A stretch of 64,000 nt of DNA from positions 98,270,001-98,334,000 of the forward strand of contig NW_024704742.1 of NCBI RefSeq assembly GCF_018977255.1. The letters run 5' to 3'. How positions within the stretch are numbered: position 1 is the stretch's first letter; every line of letters begins with the position of its first letter. This stretch comes from Callorhinchus milii (lineage: Eukaryota). Below are positions 47,661 through 61,116 of this stretch, one piece after another. The position numbers and the translations under genes were made by a program. The notes below the pieces were generated by a model. That model made no database searches. It saw nothing but the letters and a program-made list of their open reading frames with translations, and was not told the DNA's origin.

Positions 47661-49564
47661 ATAAAGGGTTTTAGCACCAACATTTCTGCTCTATTTTACA
47701 ATCCATTGTACGTTTATTAAATCTAACATCAGGTGGGATTTCATCCTGCTAAAATCATCATAAATTGACAGGTGATTTTGCTCTTCTCTGTTTTCTGGTC
47801 TTACATTCTGATTTGAGGTAAAATCTGGAAAGTGTGATTCACAAAAGATCAAAAATTGCCATTGAGACAGTTGATAATCATGGACTAACTACAGCCCTCC
47901 AACTCCAGCACAATGTTGGGTTTTAAGCCTCCATTAGAGTTCCCAGTGGGGGAATGTTGGTTCTCGGGACATTGGCTGGAGTCAGATTTTCTTTTGCTGC
48001 TTTAAGATGGTATCCTGGGAGACAATACTCAAATGGTCTAATCTAGCAACTTCAAATTTTTGGGCCCAACCAGTGATATCACATCACTCCTCACTATTTT
48101 TGCCCCAAGATTTTTATTTATTTAATGGGAGTGATACAAAATTTTCATCTCTTGTTCAGTTATTTGGCAATTATGATTTCAGCACTGCAGTAAAATGAAG
48201 AATTATAATTTGTTGTAGCGAATTATAACTAAATAATTAATCCACTAGGTTGTTGCCCCAGAGCTGTGCATCCTTCTCATCTCAAACTTGTAACAAAGAC
48301 TGCAGCAAATGTCCTGGTGCAATTTGAAAGCAAACCATAAAAGCTTGAAGGTATGGAAAAACATAAATGATTTGTCAAAATCTGTCTGCTAGAACGCTCT
48401 CAGTGATAAATACAGAATTTTATATGCAAGATCTATCTTCTAACTAGATCTTGCTTACAAAAAAAACCCTGCAGGATTTTGACACTGTCAAGCAAGGTCT
48501 TGGTTTGATCACAGAAGACATAAAAAAAGCTTTTGTAGCAGCTTTAAAAGTGGAGTCAGGTCTAAATGTGTGTTTATAGAGCCTCAACTTTTAAAACTGT
48601 CAAAATTGCTTTTTTTAATGTAACATATCTTGCATATTCAATCTGTCTAAAAAGGTCTTTGATATCACTGAACCGGCTGTGTTGCGAGCAGCAGTGCCAG
48701 CACATAATGAGTTTTCAAAACTGAAAAAGTTTATGCCTTTGCAAGCTAAAAATTCTGGAGACACAGAAAAGAAGAGAGAGTACTTAGACTTTTTTGGGCT
48801 TTAAGTGATCTGTCTAAAGTTCCCGGCTGTAAATTGATAATACGATAAGCAGACCACTGCATTAATTATTTTGTACAGACATCTTTTATTTTTAGTGATA
48901 ATATTATTAATTCTTTACAATTTTATAGTGCCTTTCACATTGGAAGGATGCTTCAAAGTGCTTCACAGAATTTACCGTGATTTGGAATGATTGTCCAATT
49001 ACACACAACAATGTCCCTTCCCAAGTATCATAAGGAAAATTGCTGCACAAATATTTGCTAGTCCCAAAATGTAATTAAATCAAATTCTAGAATATTTATC
49101 AATCCCTAAATCTCTATTATTAAACATTGACACTATTACAGTCAGTCCACTTTACAGTATATCCTGTGAAACACGTTGAGATGTCGCATCGACATAATAA
49201 GGCTTTAGATCAAATGCAAGGATTATTATTATTATTATATTTCCGCTTCCTCACACAAACCAGGAGCTGAGAAACTATTGTCTTCCATTCCATATTTGAT
49301 CATCTTAATTCATACCTAGTTCTTTATCCTCCTATTGTGTTCTGCCTCGCATGTCTCAAGCTCCTTTTTGAAGGAGTTAATACTTTGCCTAATGGCCTGC
49401 TAACTGTTTCTCGTGGGGATAAAGATGAAAGACAGGAAATAAGAATATAATAAGCTTCTACTTGCATTACCTTTGGATTCACCTTTCTTGAAAAGGGGGA
49501 GGGGAGTGGAAAAGCCGGGAGTAATATAATTTATTTGAGTTTTAAATCTTGGTCTTCAAGCCTG

Positions 49565-49880
49565 GGGCCATTTCATGTAATGTATTGGTTAGAGCACTCG
49601 CCTAGCAAGTAAGCGGACCTGGATTCAATTTCCTGGCAGCGCAAAACATTAGGCAAGTTTCCTTACTGCACACGCTTCTGTTTGCCTAGTTGTTAGTTGA
49701 TTGGCGGATCCCAATCTCTTCAAAAATAAATCTGGTCACTCAATCCAGTGTTTGTGGGACAATTTGCTGTTATGTTTCTCCCACAATATATATAGTTAAT
49801 TCACTTTAATTCTGTGAAACGCTTTGTGATGCCTCTAAGACGTGATAAGGCGCTATATCAGATTATTATACTATTATTAT
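49565..49880 (+). mobile_element. Degraded tRNA-SINE
   Basis: TGGTTAGAGCACTCGCC…GGATTCAATTTCC…GACGTGATAAGGCGCTATATCA. Confidence 0.85.
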
Positions 49881-50807
49881 TTCATGGTCTCTAGCTCTTT
49901 CTTTCATGCCAGAGTCAGCATTCTATATCATCTGTAAAACAGCAGTACGTCTGCCAGGAGCTTGTGAAACAATAATGAATTTGAACATAATAATAATTCT
50001 TACATTTGATATAGCACCTTTCACATTGGGTAGGATGGCTCGCAGAAAATACTGTAAAGCTGAAGTGACTGTATTTTGTAAGCAAACACGGCAGCTAATT
50101 TCTACACAGCAATGTCCCACAAATAGCCATGAAGTGAAGGACCAATTTTATTTGTGTTATTGTTGGCCAGACCACCGGGCTGACACAGAATGATTTCTTA
50201 ATTAGTATCAACCTGCTGCACTGTACTTGGCAGGTAATGAAACCAAAATTGTCTTCCTGGCTAAGGGTAGGTGGAAATTTGGGCCTCGGAATAGATAAAG
50301 CAATCCTAGCTAAATGAACAGCGGGATGCCTTGTACTGGGAAATGGCATAATTTTGGCTGGTTCTTTTCGAGCAGTACAGCAGTACTCCAAAGGACATTT
50401 TGGTGTCCCGAATGATTTGGATTCTGGCAATCAAACGTTGTGCTCTCCTTACATTAGCAAGTGAAGTGCGTGTGTGAATCCCCCTCCCCCCTGAAACTGG
50501 CAATGAGATGACTATAATAAAAACAAATAGAAATTCTGCTATGATTTTTCAGTAGCTGGAGTTTCCGTGCCTCTCAGACATAACATCTGGATTGTTGCTG
50601 ATCCCAGAAAACACCAGTAGCAAAATGGGGTGAAATTGTGACATTTCATAAAAGAATCAATGTGATAATTATGAAATATCCCAAATTTACTCTATATTTC
50701 TTAACCAGCATACATCACTAATTAAGGCTATGTTACAGTTTCTAAGGACTTATGTAGCCCAAGCACATTGAGTTGGAAGTAGGTTTGTTACCCACAAGTC
50801 TAGCTCA

Positions 50808-51630
50808 GAACAACAATGACTTACATTTGTACAGCACCTTTCACTTAGATTAATGTCTTTGGAGTGCTTTATAAAGACGGGCAGATGCCGCACAGGGTGA
50901 GGTAACCAAAGGCACTATCAAAGAGGTAGTTTTAAGGTGAGACTTGAAGACAGAGAAGGGATGAGATGGAATTGGCCACTGATAGGACAGGGGTTCGTGT
51001 AGGACAGAGGTAAACAGCAAGCCTGAGTTCAATGATTGTAGGGGGTGAGCAAAGCAGTGGGGTAGGAGGAGATCGGAAAGATAAGGGAGTGCTAGAGCGT
51101 GAAAGATTTCTTTATAGGTGAGAGTGAGGGCCTCAAAATCAATTCACTGAGAGACAGTGAGGTAATGGAGACTGGTGATGACTGGGATGCTGATCATATG
51201 GAATTTAATGCATGTGAGGATGTGAGTGGCAGAATTTTAGATGCGTTGAAGTTCATGGTGCAGCTAGGGAGACCAGCATTAGAAACTTCCAGCCAGGAGG
51301 TGACAAAGGCCTGGCTAAGGAGTTTGGTGGCATGTTAGATGAGATGGGATGGAGTTAGGAAGTAAAGAAAAGTAATTTTGGTCAGAGGCTGGATGTGAGG
51401 GAGAAAGCAGAGGTGAGGATTGAAGATTCCAAGGTTGGTCATTGGTTCATTGAACTTGAGAGAGAGTTCGGGAGGTTGAGGAGGTCGGAGCCATAAGTGA
51501 GGAAAGAGGATGGCTTCCATCTTGTCCATCTTTAGTTGCAGGAAATTTGATGTTTGACAGTCAAGCAGACAGGATCATCAACAGACCTGGAATCAAGCGT
51601 GGAAGAGGAAAAATAGATTTGGTCATGATC
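50808..51630 (-). mobile_element. Old L2 3' fragment
   Basis: KMEAILF…NLGIFNPHLCFLPHI…; FSVFKSHLKT; CAACAA tail on the + strand. Confidence 0.7.
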
Positions 51631-52129
51631 TACATACATATCGAAGAACTGGCAATAATGGGACAAAGCTCACCACAACAAGGAGACAGCGCAATCATGA
51701 CTGCAAGTGGGAACTTTTGGCACAAAAGTACTAATGCTTTGAGAGAGCTCGGAAAACCAAAACATTATGCCCAGGGCTAATAAAGTATTAGTGACATAAA
51801 ATGTTGAAACTCTCGAGAGATCCAATTACTGAACTGTGTCAAATGGCAGTGGATGTCCTGATGATCTTCTCTTTGACTGGAATTGGCTCTGTCTGTGAGT
51901 ATAAAGGTCACTGCTCTTCTGAAGGACGTCTGGCTTATTTAAGTCAACAGTTGTTCACTTTGTGGGCATTAGGCAGAGTATGGTGTCCACCTACATTCAA
52001 GTGATATTATTGTTCCAGAGCAGTCATAGATTCTTCCATCATACAAAGTTACAGAGTAACAGTGCAGAGATCACATTAGTACAGTACCTTTGTTGTCTTC
52101 CACCAAGGGCTTCAGTCTAATCAAATCCC

Positions 52130-52443
52130 CTCATGTGGAGGCATCAGAATGACCTAAGGATATCAATGTCAATCCCATTTCCTGCATCAACTGCAGTGCC
52201 TCTCATTCCATAAAGATCCTATGGCACTACTCGGAAAGAGAAGAGAGTTTCTGTCGGTGTTCTAGCCAACAATCCCCAAAATGCAACTGGTAATTCATTT
52301 CACTGTTGTTTGTAGAACTTTGCTCTGCACAAATTGGCTGTGGCATTCACCTACAAAAAACACAATCTATATCATGTGAAGTGTTTTGAGATGTACTCTT
52401 GAAGTGAAAGGCACTATATCAAATGCAGTGATTATTATTATTA
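52130..52443 (+). mobile_element. Deu-domain SINE 3' part
   Basis: AAAGATCCTATGGCACTACTCGGAAAGAGAAGAGAGTTTCTGTCGGTGTTCTAGCCAAC plus an (ATT)n tail. Confidence 0.7.
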
Positions 52444-54674
52444 TAAATAAACCAGTGGTCTGTGGTCCATAATGAAGAATCTTGCATATGAATGCACAAT
52501 TAGCTTACATCTGAACCTGATGACTGCGTAGCTATCAAACTAGCCTGAAAATATGGCTCATAACACAAACCCTCTGTACTATGCTTCCACACTAGTACAA
52601 TATTAGTTCAACCAGACAGATAAGAAAACATATTCCACCATTGAGTGAATAATTGGTATCCTCAAGCAGCAATTCATGAACTTAGATCGCTGGGGGAAGG
52701 GATCTTATAGCAGGAAACTCTCACCATTGTATAATAATGTGGTCTCCTCTATTTTAGATCACTGTGGCCTTAAGAATGGACTTTACTTTGAATTGAATGA
52801 GAATCTTGAATAGGGCCCACTCTATTTCTGTTGGTAGAAGGGGGTGGGGTAAAAGGTTGCCAGTGGTAATCTTAACTCTGCAACGATCGATTTTCTCTCA
52901 ATCAACAGATATCGTGGGACTGCTCAGAGTTCAGGCTCAGGTAACTGAGCATGTTCTGGTAAAACCTATTCCCTAGGGTAGTACCTCCTGCCAGTGGTAT
53001 CTTACAGACTCTCCAGATCACACACAAAATATATAGTCGTGACACTGAACAGTAAATCTTCTGAACCGTTTGAGACATCCTCCTGACGTGATAGGTTATT
53101 AGGGTTATTATCATCTTCTGTTCCACACCCATATCTCCTGCCAGTGCTTGCTACAACCTATTGTCACCATATCAAAAAGCGGTTGCTCAAAATGAATTTC
53201 AATGTGTACTGTTGAACCACTCCTGCTTCTCACAAATCCTCAAAATTATTCATGTGGTTTTAGCTAGTTTTAAACTCCAGTAGTACCCCAACGCACACTC
53301 TGAGGTCCCCAAACCTTGGCTCTTACCATCATGCACCTAAACTTTCTGGAATTAGATAGCAGGGATTCATCCCTCCAGGGAGAGAGTGCACATCCCATTC
53401 CAACAATCTATCTCTGGAATTTCTATTTGTAGATGGGATGCATAGAGTTTGATTTGGGATACTCTTAAGCATGGCAATGGGTTGACACCTGGCTGATCCA
53501 AAACAAATCATCCGTCACTGTTTGGTCACTAATATGAGGGATATCTTGGTTGTAGGGTTCTCACAGAACACGTTCCATTGCATTGAGGGTTAGTCACAAG
53601 CAAGTTATGTCGACAGTGCTTTTGCTCAGCAGTGAGAACATTGGAAGCACTAATTTAATTGCAGTGAGTATAGCAAAAAGTTGGGTGAAGCTGTAATGCT
53701 AATTAACAGCTCAGTGCTTGCTACTGGAGTCGTTATCATTTATCATATATTGTGTCTGTCAAGCTTGCAAACAATAGAGCAGTATATAATGTCTCCTGGG
53801 GTTTCGAGCATTAGGGCTGTGTTTTTTTTTAATATTTCTGTTCATTTAATTAGATCTACATCCCATTTTACAGCCTAATTAGGATAGTCACCTTTTTTGC
53901 GTAAGGTTGAATGTTATAAGAATATGCTGTATGCTGTTGCATATTTAGGGTTTATTTTAATGCCCTCCTCCTTTATTTGTCTTTTTATGCTGTCCCGTTC
54001 CTTACGTTTGCCCCCATGACATGTACCTTGCTGTGATCAAGAAAGCAAGTAAGCAAGACAATTTCAGCCTTTGCTAATCCTTTCTGTAACTGTCTATTCA
54101 CATAAAATATAAAACCTGAAATGAATCGACTCAGTCACAACTTCCCCTCCTTTGGAAAAAAATCCTGAATATGCTGGGTGGATAGCAACATTATATGGCA
54201 ATTCATAAACCTGAATCCTTGTTTCCTACATTGCAGACAACTCATGCGCATAACACAATGCACCACTGGGCTATCCTAGAACGATGTGTACACATCTCTA
54301 AATAATGCAGAGCTATTTAATTTTTTTTCTGTAATCTTAGACAAAATGATTAGCTTACCAGGCATTTTTTTTCAATTATCACAAACATTCGCACTGAAAT
54401 ATAAACCCTTGTCTTCGATTTCAAACTCTGCTATAATGTTTTTAACTGTAAGTTAGACTTTCAAAATATAAATAAATGTTTTCATAATAAAACAATCTTG
54501 CATTTGGTAGAGTCAAATGAATATATTCATTACGGTAGCTTGCTTTCAGGCTGTAAAGGGACTGCATACTTAACTGGAAACATGGAAAATATTTGAAGCA
54601 GTCCAGAGGTTGTTTACCTTTAAAGTAGATTACTTCAAAATATTTGTAAATTAATGTGAAGAACAGGCATTTGA

Positions 54675-54820
54675 TTTGTGCTACAATTGGCCACAATATC
54701 ACTGGCCTGTAAAAAAAGAAAACTGGTCAGGATTCCTGCTTCTGCTTGCTATCGAGTGATCGCTGCTGGAAAGTATATATGTGTAATTTCTGGTAAGGAC
54801 CAGATTGAATCCGAGGATTA
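54675..54820 (+). mobile_element. Old SINE-like repeat (family of 6800..6970)
   Basis: GCTACAATTGGCC…GGATTCCTGCTTCTG…GCTATCGAGTGATCGCTGCTGGAAAGT. Confidence 0.45.
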
Positions 54821-56605
54821 TTAACTGGACCGGGTTGTCAAAAGGGTCATTGGTCTCATTTAAAAAGCGGCTTGATGTTGTGTTGGGGGGACAGAAGCGT
54901 GGATATTCTGGAGGGACAAGATCAGTTGGGCTGAAAGGACTTCTTCATCTGAATCGATATTGTGATCTTTGAATAGAATGCTAACCCCCAATCCTTGATC
55001 TCATTGTTTGAAAAAAGCCACTTGAGTTGAAATAAAGTAGGCAGCTTCCATTCACCAGAACCATACACTGGAATCATTCTGACTCTTTGGAAGAAAAAAA
55101 TGGAAGCAAGAGAAAATATGAACAAGTATTTGCTGAATAATTATCAGACTTATTATTTTTCCAAATTGTTAGATGTAATGTTTATATTTTTATAACAGAC
55201 CCTTTCATAACAGTGCATTTGCTCTTGTTGATGTATTTGTGCAGTTCTACATAATGTAAAATCTTAATGTATCCAATACTGTACATTGCAATATATCATT
55301 TACTAGCAGGTCAAGAAGCCATTCACTCTTCCAAAACAAACTTCTTAGGGAAAGTAACTGTTTGTGTCCCAGAACAGTAAATAAAATTGATTTGTAAATA
55401 ATAAGGAACTGGGCCTGAGTAACGTTTGTGTTTGGTTTCCTATTATTATATTTTATTAATTTCGTACAATCCTTTATATTCTGTGTTGTATATGTATGTT
55501 ATCTTATTCCTAGCAGATCATTAGTTCAATTATAATTGGAAAATGATGCTGATGAGATTGCTGATATTTTCTCCTCCTAAACATGAGACAGAAACAAAAT
55601 CCCAATTTGTCCGGTCTGGGCATGTCATTGTACCAATGAGAAAGTCACAATAGACTTGAGAGAAGCTAAATAGGGTGCAACTGAGATTTGTAGCAACTTT
55701 GGAGGTAAGTGTGCTACAGAGGGCAATTAATATAGCTGAAGCCAGGCAAAGATACAAACTCATGACAGACTATGAACGTAAATGATTTTACAAACATCAT
55801 TCTGGAACATTACATAGGAGTTACAGGCTTCATCTTTATAATTATTTTTAATAATATATAAAAAAGCACATTTTTCTCCTGGAAAGCTAATAAAATGTGT
55901 TGATTTACTCTGTCAATTGAGCTCGTGTTGGCTGACTATTACTGTGCCACTTTGCCTTCTTGGCCTGACTGGTGTTATTACTTATTGTTCAATATGAAAG
56001 AGGAATGTTTCAATAATGGAACTTTACCTTTCATAAAAGCAAAGAAGAAGCCAGGAAGAAGCCTGACTGATTAGGGAAAGAAATAAGGGCAGGAAGCTGT
56101 CAATGGACAGGCGAAGTAAACCATCTACCTTTCCAGTGCCAATACTCTATTTTCACAGTCCAATTACTTTTGCTATATTTGCACTCAGACCTCTTTGCAT
56201 GAAAAAATAAACTCTTCCCTTTACTCTAATTGAATGGACAAGTGCAATCCTCAGTGGTTGCATGAATATATAGGACTGTAAATCAAAAGTTGGGCATTGC
56301 ATGATAAAAATAAATAAATAATCCTTGCAATTGATTTTGTGCTTGTTGGGTTGGGAGGACGTCTCCCAAAGCATGTCACAAGATATGTTGTAAATTGTAG
56401 TGACTGTGTATTTTGTACGAGTGAGTGTCAAACAGTATATTGTATGTTGTATAGTATGTTAAAGATTACCCATCTCCTGACAGGCAGAGCAGGTTTATAA
56501 GTGGAGATAGACATAAGACTATCCCTACAACTCCCCAAAAAACTTCTTATAGGAGAAAGCTCCAACAAAACATAACTGGAGTCCATAAACATGTTTGTGG
56601 ACATT

Positions 56606-56923
56606 GTGGAGTCCTGTAGCTCAGTGGCTAGAGCACTCGCTTTGCAAGTGAGAGACCTGAGTTCAATTCCAGGCAGGGCGAAACCTTGGGCAAGTTTCCT
56701 TACTCCACACGCCTAATAATAATCCCTCCAAAAACCCAAAACAATAATAAATTGGTCATTTTCAATCTACGACTGTTTGTGGGACATTGCTGTGTGCAAT
56801 TGGCTGCCGCGTTCGCCCACAAATATACAGTCAATTCACTTTACAGTGTGTTCTGTGAAGCGCTTTGGGACGTCCTCCTGACGTGAAAAGCGCTATATCA
56901 AATCCAAGGATTATTATTATTAT
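56606..56923 (+). mobile_element. Young tRNA-derived SINE with both head and tail
   Basis: Intact A and B boxes and a near-perfect 3' stem-loop AGCGCTTTGGGACGTCCTCCTGACGTGAAAAGCGCT. Confidence 0.96.
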
Positions 56924-58634
56924 AACTGAGACAGATGGAATAACATTGGAAATGTAACTTTTTTTCTTTTACAAGCATTTATCAGTTTACCTGCTCTGCA
57001 TTAAACACTAAAATATACTAATTACACTAAATTATTACAATAATTTGAATACTTTTGAAATATAAGCAAATAATCCAATATTGATTAAAACGTTTACTAA
57101 AAATATACACCTATTAAAAGTTCTCAAGTTTTTGTAACAAACATCCATTTGCCACAACTTATATAAAGGCATTCAAAGAGGTTTCTTAGATAAAGATATT
57201 TTAATTGCAGATAAATCCCAAAGTTTCTTAGCATCAGTTAATGTTTTTGTGTCAAACATTTTGGTGCGTTCAATGGTTGGCACTTTAGGTCTGCCTTCTT
57301 TCACTGTGCTAATGTACTTGCATGAGGTGTTGTATGGTTTAAAATCTGATCAATTGTGCTCCAGAATTCTTCAATTCTTCAACCTTATTTCTGAAAAGAG
57401 ATTTCCCACAGTTTATGCTGCATTCCAGAAAACTTCCACCCAGTTTATTTTGCCGATTTATGTAGATTACACAAATTTCTCTCTCTACAGATAGATAAGT
57501 GCACAGACAGATGTTGGACAGGGCACAGGAGTGGTGTCCACTTGGGTCCAGGATTACTCTATTTTCTTAGCATTTCAGAGCATCTTGGAAACTATTTAAT
57601 ACATTCACCAGCTTCGAAACTGCATCACGGTAAGTTATTTTGTGAGCTACAAAAAAAGTCTTCAACTTTAAGACTGAATTTGACAACTTGCCAAATTCTG
57701 GATGCTATAAAACTATACATAAATGGAGTAAATCGAGACCCGGGTGGAATTTCTCATAGCACCTTCCCTTTATAGGGATCTCTGGGTTTGGTTCTGTCTC
57801 AACTGCTGTCAAGCTTAACTATTTGTCTTTCCTGGACTTCATTGCCACTGCTCAGTTATTCTGCAGCCAATGCAACTATTGTAAGATGAGCAGCACATTA
57901 ACACCAAGTGATAGGAAGAAAGGGTGACTGGTTATGCCTTGCAGCATATTCTCAGGATGTCAGCAATAATATTACAGATTTTACAAATTTTACTGCATTG
58001 CTATAATAAAAGCACCTCTTTCAGTGTCATTTGTTGAAAGTTGAACATAGTGGGCTTCAGAATCTGCTTTATTGTTCAGTTCAACTAGGGTCTATTTGAA
58101 CTGGACAATTTAAAATATTCGGATTTCAGATAGCAATTTACTCTATTTTAGTTAACTGCAGTGAAAGCTTTTTTTTTAATAAACAGCAGTGGAAGATGAA
58201 TCTCAACATTGTTCCTCCAACAAGAGACTAGCCTAGGGTCTGAAATTCCAGGAGCTGAACATTGAAAGTTTACGCTTTATCCTGGGGGTTTAAGTAGTGG
58301 CCAATAATTTCTAGAAGTGGGGTACAAGTGAGAAGTGGCACAATTGATATTACAGTCTGACATGTGAGGGGCTCGTCTAACAGCCAACTTATCAAGAATA
58401 ATGAGCTCCCATCACTCAGTAACAATGCAATAGGGAGGAGCTGGAGCACAGAACTGTTCAATTCATGTCAAAGGGTCACAACACTGAATACTGGGCATCA
58501 TCTGTTGACATCAGAAGGCAAAACACTGCTAATATTTTCCTTACAGTGTGCATTGCATCACTGAAAACATACTGCCCCTGTCAAAGTCCCATTTAGTACC
58601 CTACAGAAGTTCACATTAATATGAAAAATATACA

Positions 58635-59006
58635 GTGAAGTCCTGTAGCTCAGCGGTTAGAGCACTCGCCTCGCAAGCGAGAGGACCTGGGTTTGATTCC
58701 CAGCAGGGTGAAATGTTGGGCAAGTTTCCTTATTTCACATACCTCTGTTTACCTAGCAGTAAGTAGGAAACTGGTGTTAGTCGATTAGCAGATCACTTTT
58801 CCAGGGGTAATAATTCCTTCCAAAAACATTAATAAATTGGTTACTTAATGCACGACTGTTTGTGGGACACTGCTGTGAGTAATTGGCTGCCACAATTCTC
58901 ACACAAAATATACAGTCAATTCACTTTACAGTATGTTCTGTGAAGTGCTTTGAGACGTCTCGAAGACGTGATAAGGCACTACATCAAATGCATGGATTAT
59001 TATTAT
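58635..59006 (+). mobile_element. Full-length tRNA-derived SINE (long body variant)
   Basis: Head TAGCTCAGCGGTTAGAGC, CCTCTGTTTACCTAGCAGTAAGTAGG body, and tail with TCGAA loop. Confidence 0.96.
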
Positions 59007-60774
59007 GAAATTTGCACAACGTTCAAGCGGTCAAAAATATTTTATTAAGTGCGTAAATCAGTAATTGATGCTATATTAAAAAAAACTATGTTGCACCTCA
59101 AGTATTTAGTAAAAGCTGCAGAAAAATAATCATAATTACATATATTGAATTAGCATGCACAAATATCGGATACATTATATTTCAAAATCCTTTAGTCTGC
59201 ATTAGAAGGTTCTTACACTTAAAAGAATATTACAAAGATAAAAGTACATTATTGTTGTCTATGTAAAAGTAGAGTATAATGCTATTAATAGTATTTGATC
59301 CGTCATGTGTATATCAACAAATCACATCTATGTACATATATGTTAATTAAATGTGTGTGTGTATATATATATATAAACATCTGAAAAAAAGACCACAAAT
59401 GAAATTAATGGTACCACAAAGACTCAGTGACATCCTCAATATCATAAAGATGATGGTATTGATCTGGTATTTTGTATTCTTAATCAGTAGCAGTCCTTCA
59501 AACGTGATACATCTTTGACCTTAAAAACAGCTGATGGTGATCTTGGAGGCACTGAAACTTTTCTACAAGAGCCATACCGTTATGTCCAGGCCTTAAATTG
59601 TGAAACTAATTGAATATAGAATCCAAGAGAATATCAACATCAATATCAAAGAGTCATTTGAGTTGGTTGATATTCTTGTCATGCTTCATTTTACAGGTTA
59701 GTATTAAGAATTGTGAGAATGCATGATTCTGGTTACTGCTGCCAAGAATGTTGCAAAGCATATCAAAATTTCTTCCATGCTGAGTGATGAACTTACCTGC
59801 TGCTGCCTTCCATCTTTGTCTGAAATCTGCCCACTTTTGCTAAAAGTGACTATCTGCTCTTGGTTGTTGTCCCGAAGTGAAAGCCACCATACAAATGTAA
59901 TTTGTTGTTGTTGTGACCAGTGATGTTGTTTGCATCATTAGATGTTAGCGAAGGAGTAGGTGAAACAAATAATGCACAATGGAGGCTAGTTACAAGCATT
60001 CAAATTATTTGATAAAGCTGGAAATTAATAAAATATTTTCCCATGGTCTAAGACAACTAGTACCACAGTGAGGTTTGAAAGTAAAGACAGTGAATGTGGG
60101 CGGTGAAGGTTTGAAAATAACAGTAGATTTCTGTCCTTTGAGAAAATATAGAATAAACAGTGTCTAATATATTTTAAGAGGATAATAGACAGGCTTTCTT
60201 GCAAGCAGAACACAGCCAATACGTATAAAATAGATTAGTTTATTAGATTATCAGCACATATTGTTGAGAGACTAAGATGACACTCCAACTAATCACGTTT
60301 GGCTGTTGGATTTGAATCTAGAATGATCAGATGCAACTATTTTCTGTTTGCACCATTGTTATACAAAGGATGCTCCTCTCAGGAAGATTGAGAATTTTTT
60401 TCTGGGCAGAGAGCTAGGTATTGTCTACATCCAGCATTTTCTGGTCATGTTGCACCAAAGATGGGTGCATTGATATCAATAGCATTATTTACTCTTTATT
60501 TTAATTAGCCACAAATGTACTATTATCTTTACAATAATCCTTTATGTTTAATACCCTTTCATTTGCAGAAGAGACTTTGATAGATATTTGATGATATTTA
60601 TGCATACAAGTTCTATCTGTTTACTAATGACTGTCTATGTACGTTTTTTACTAATTATATTTGCCGAAATCGTGTCTTTAAAGATCATTATTCTGGTCAG
60701 AAGTTCTGAATGCATCAGAGTTTGGATTCCAATCAGTCACTAGTTGCTGGTCCTGTGGAGTCCTGCATTGTATT

Positions 60775-61116
60775 GTGGAGTCCTGTAACGTATTGGTTAG
60801 AGCACTCGCCTCGCAAGCGAGAGGACCTGAGTTCAATTGGACATGAGGCAAGTTTTCTTACTCCATAATCCTCTGTTTATCTAGCAGTAAGTAGGAATCT
60901 GGTTGTTAATTGATTGTCAGGTCACTTTTCCGGGGGTAATAATCCCTTCAAAAAAAAGTAATAATTTGGTCACTCAATCTATAACTGTTTGTGGAACACT
61001 GCCAATATAAAATATGAAAACAATTCACTTTACAGCATATTCTGTGAAATGCTTTGAGACATCTTGGAAACTTGATAAGATGCTATATCAAATGCAAGGA
61101 TTATTATTATTATTAT
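60775..61116 (+). mobile_element. tRNA-derived SINE with duplicated 5' tip at 60755
   Basis: GTGGAGTCCTG occurs twice, followed by the body and an (ATT)n tail. Confidence 0.92.

Noticed and set aside
9998-51630. Minus-strand bias of L2 copies as evidence of host-gene orientation
   Set aside because: Several + copies also exist (29585, ~37700, 44860, ~59850), and the numbers are too small.
59797-59915. Minus-strand coding exon ending at a strong CAG|GTAAGT donor
   Set aside because: No recognisable protein, a weak acceptor, and the upstream part is an L2 (TTG)n tail.
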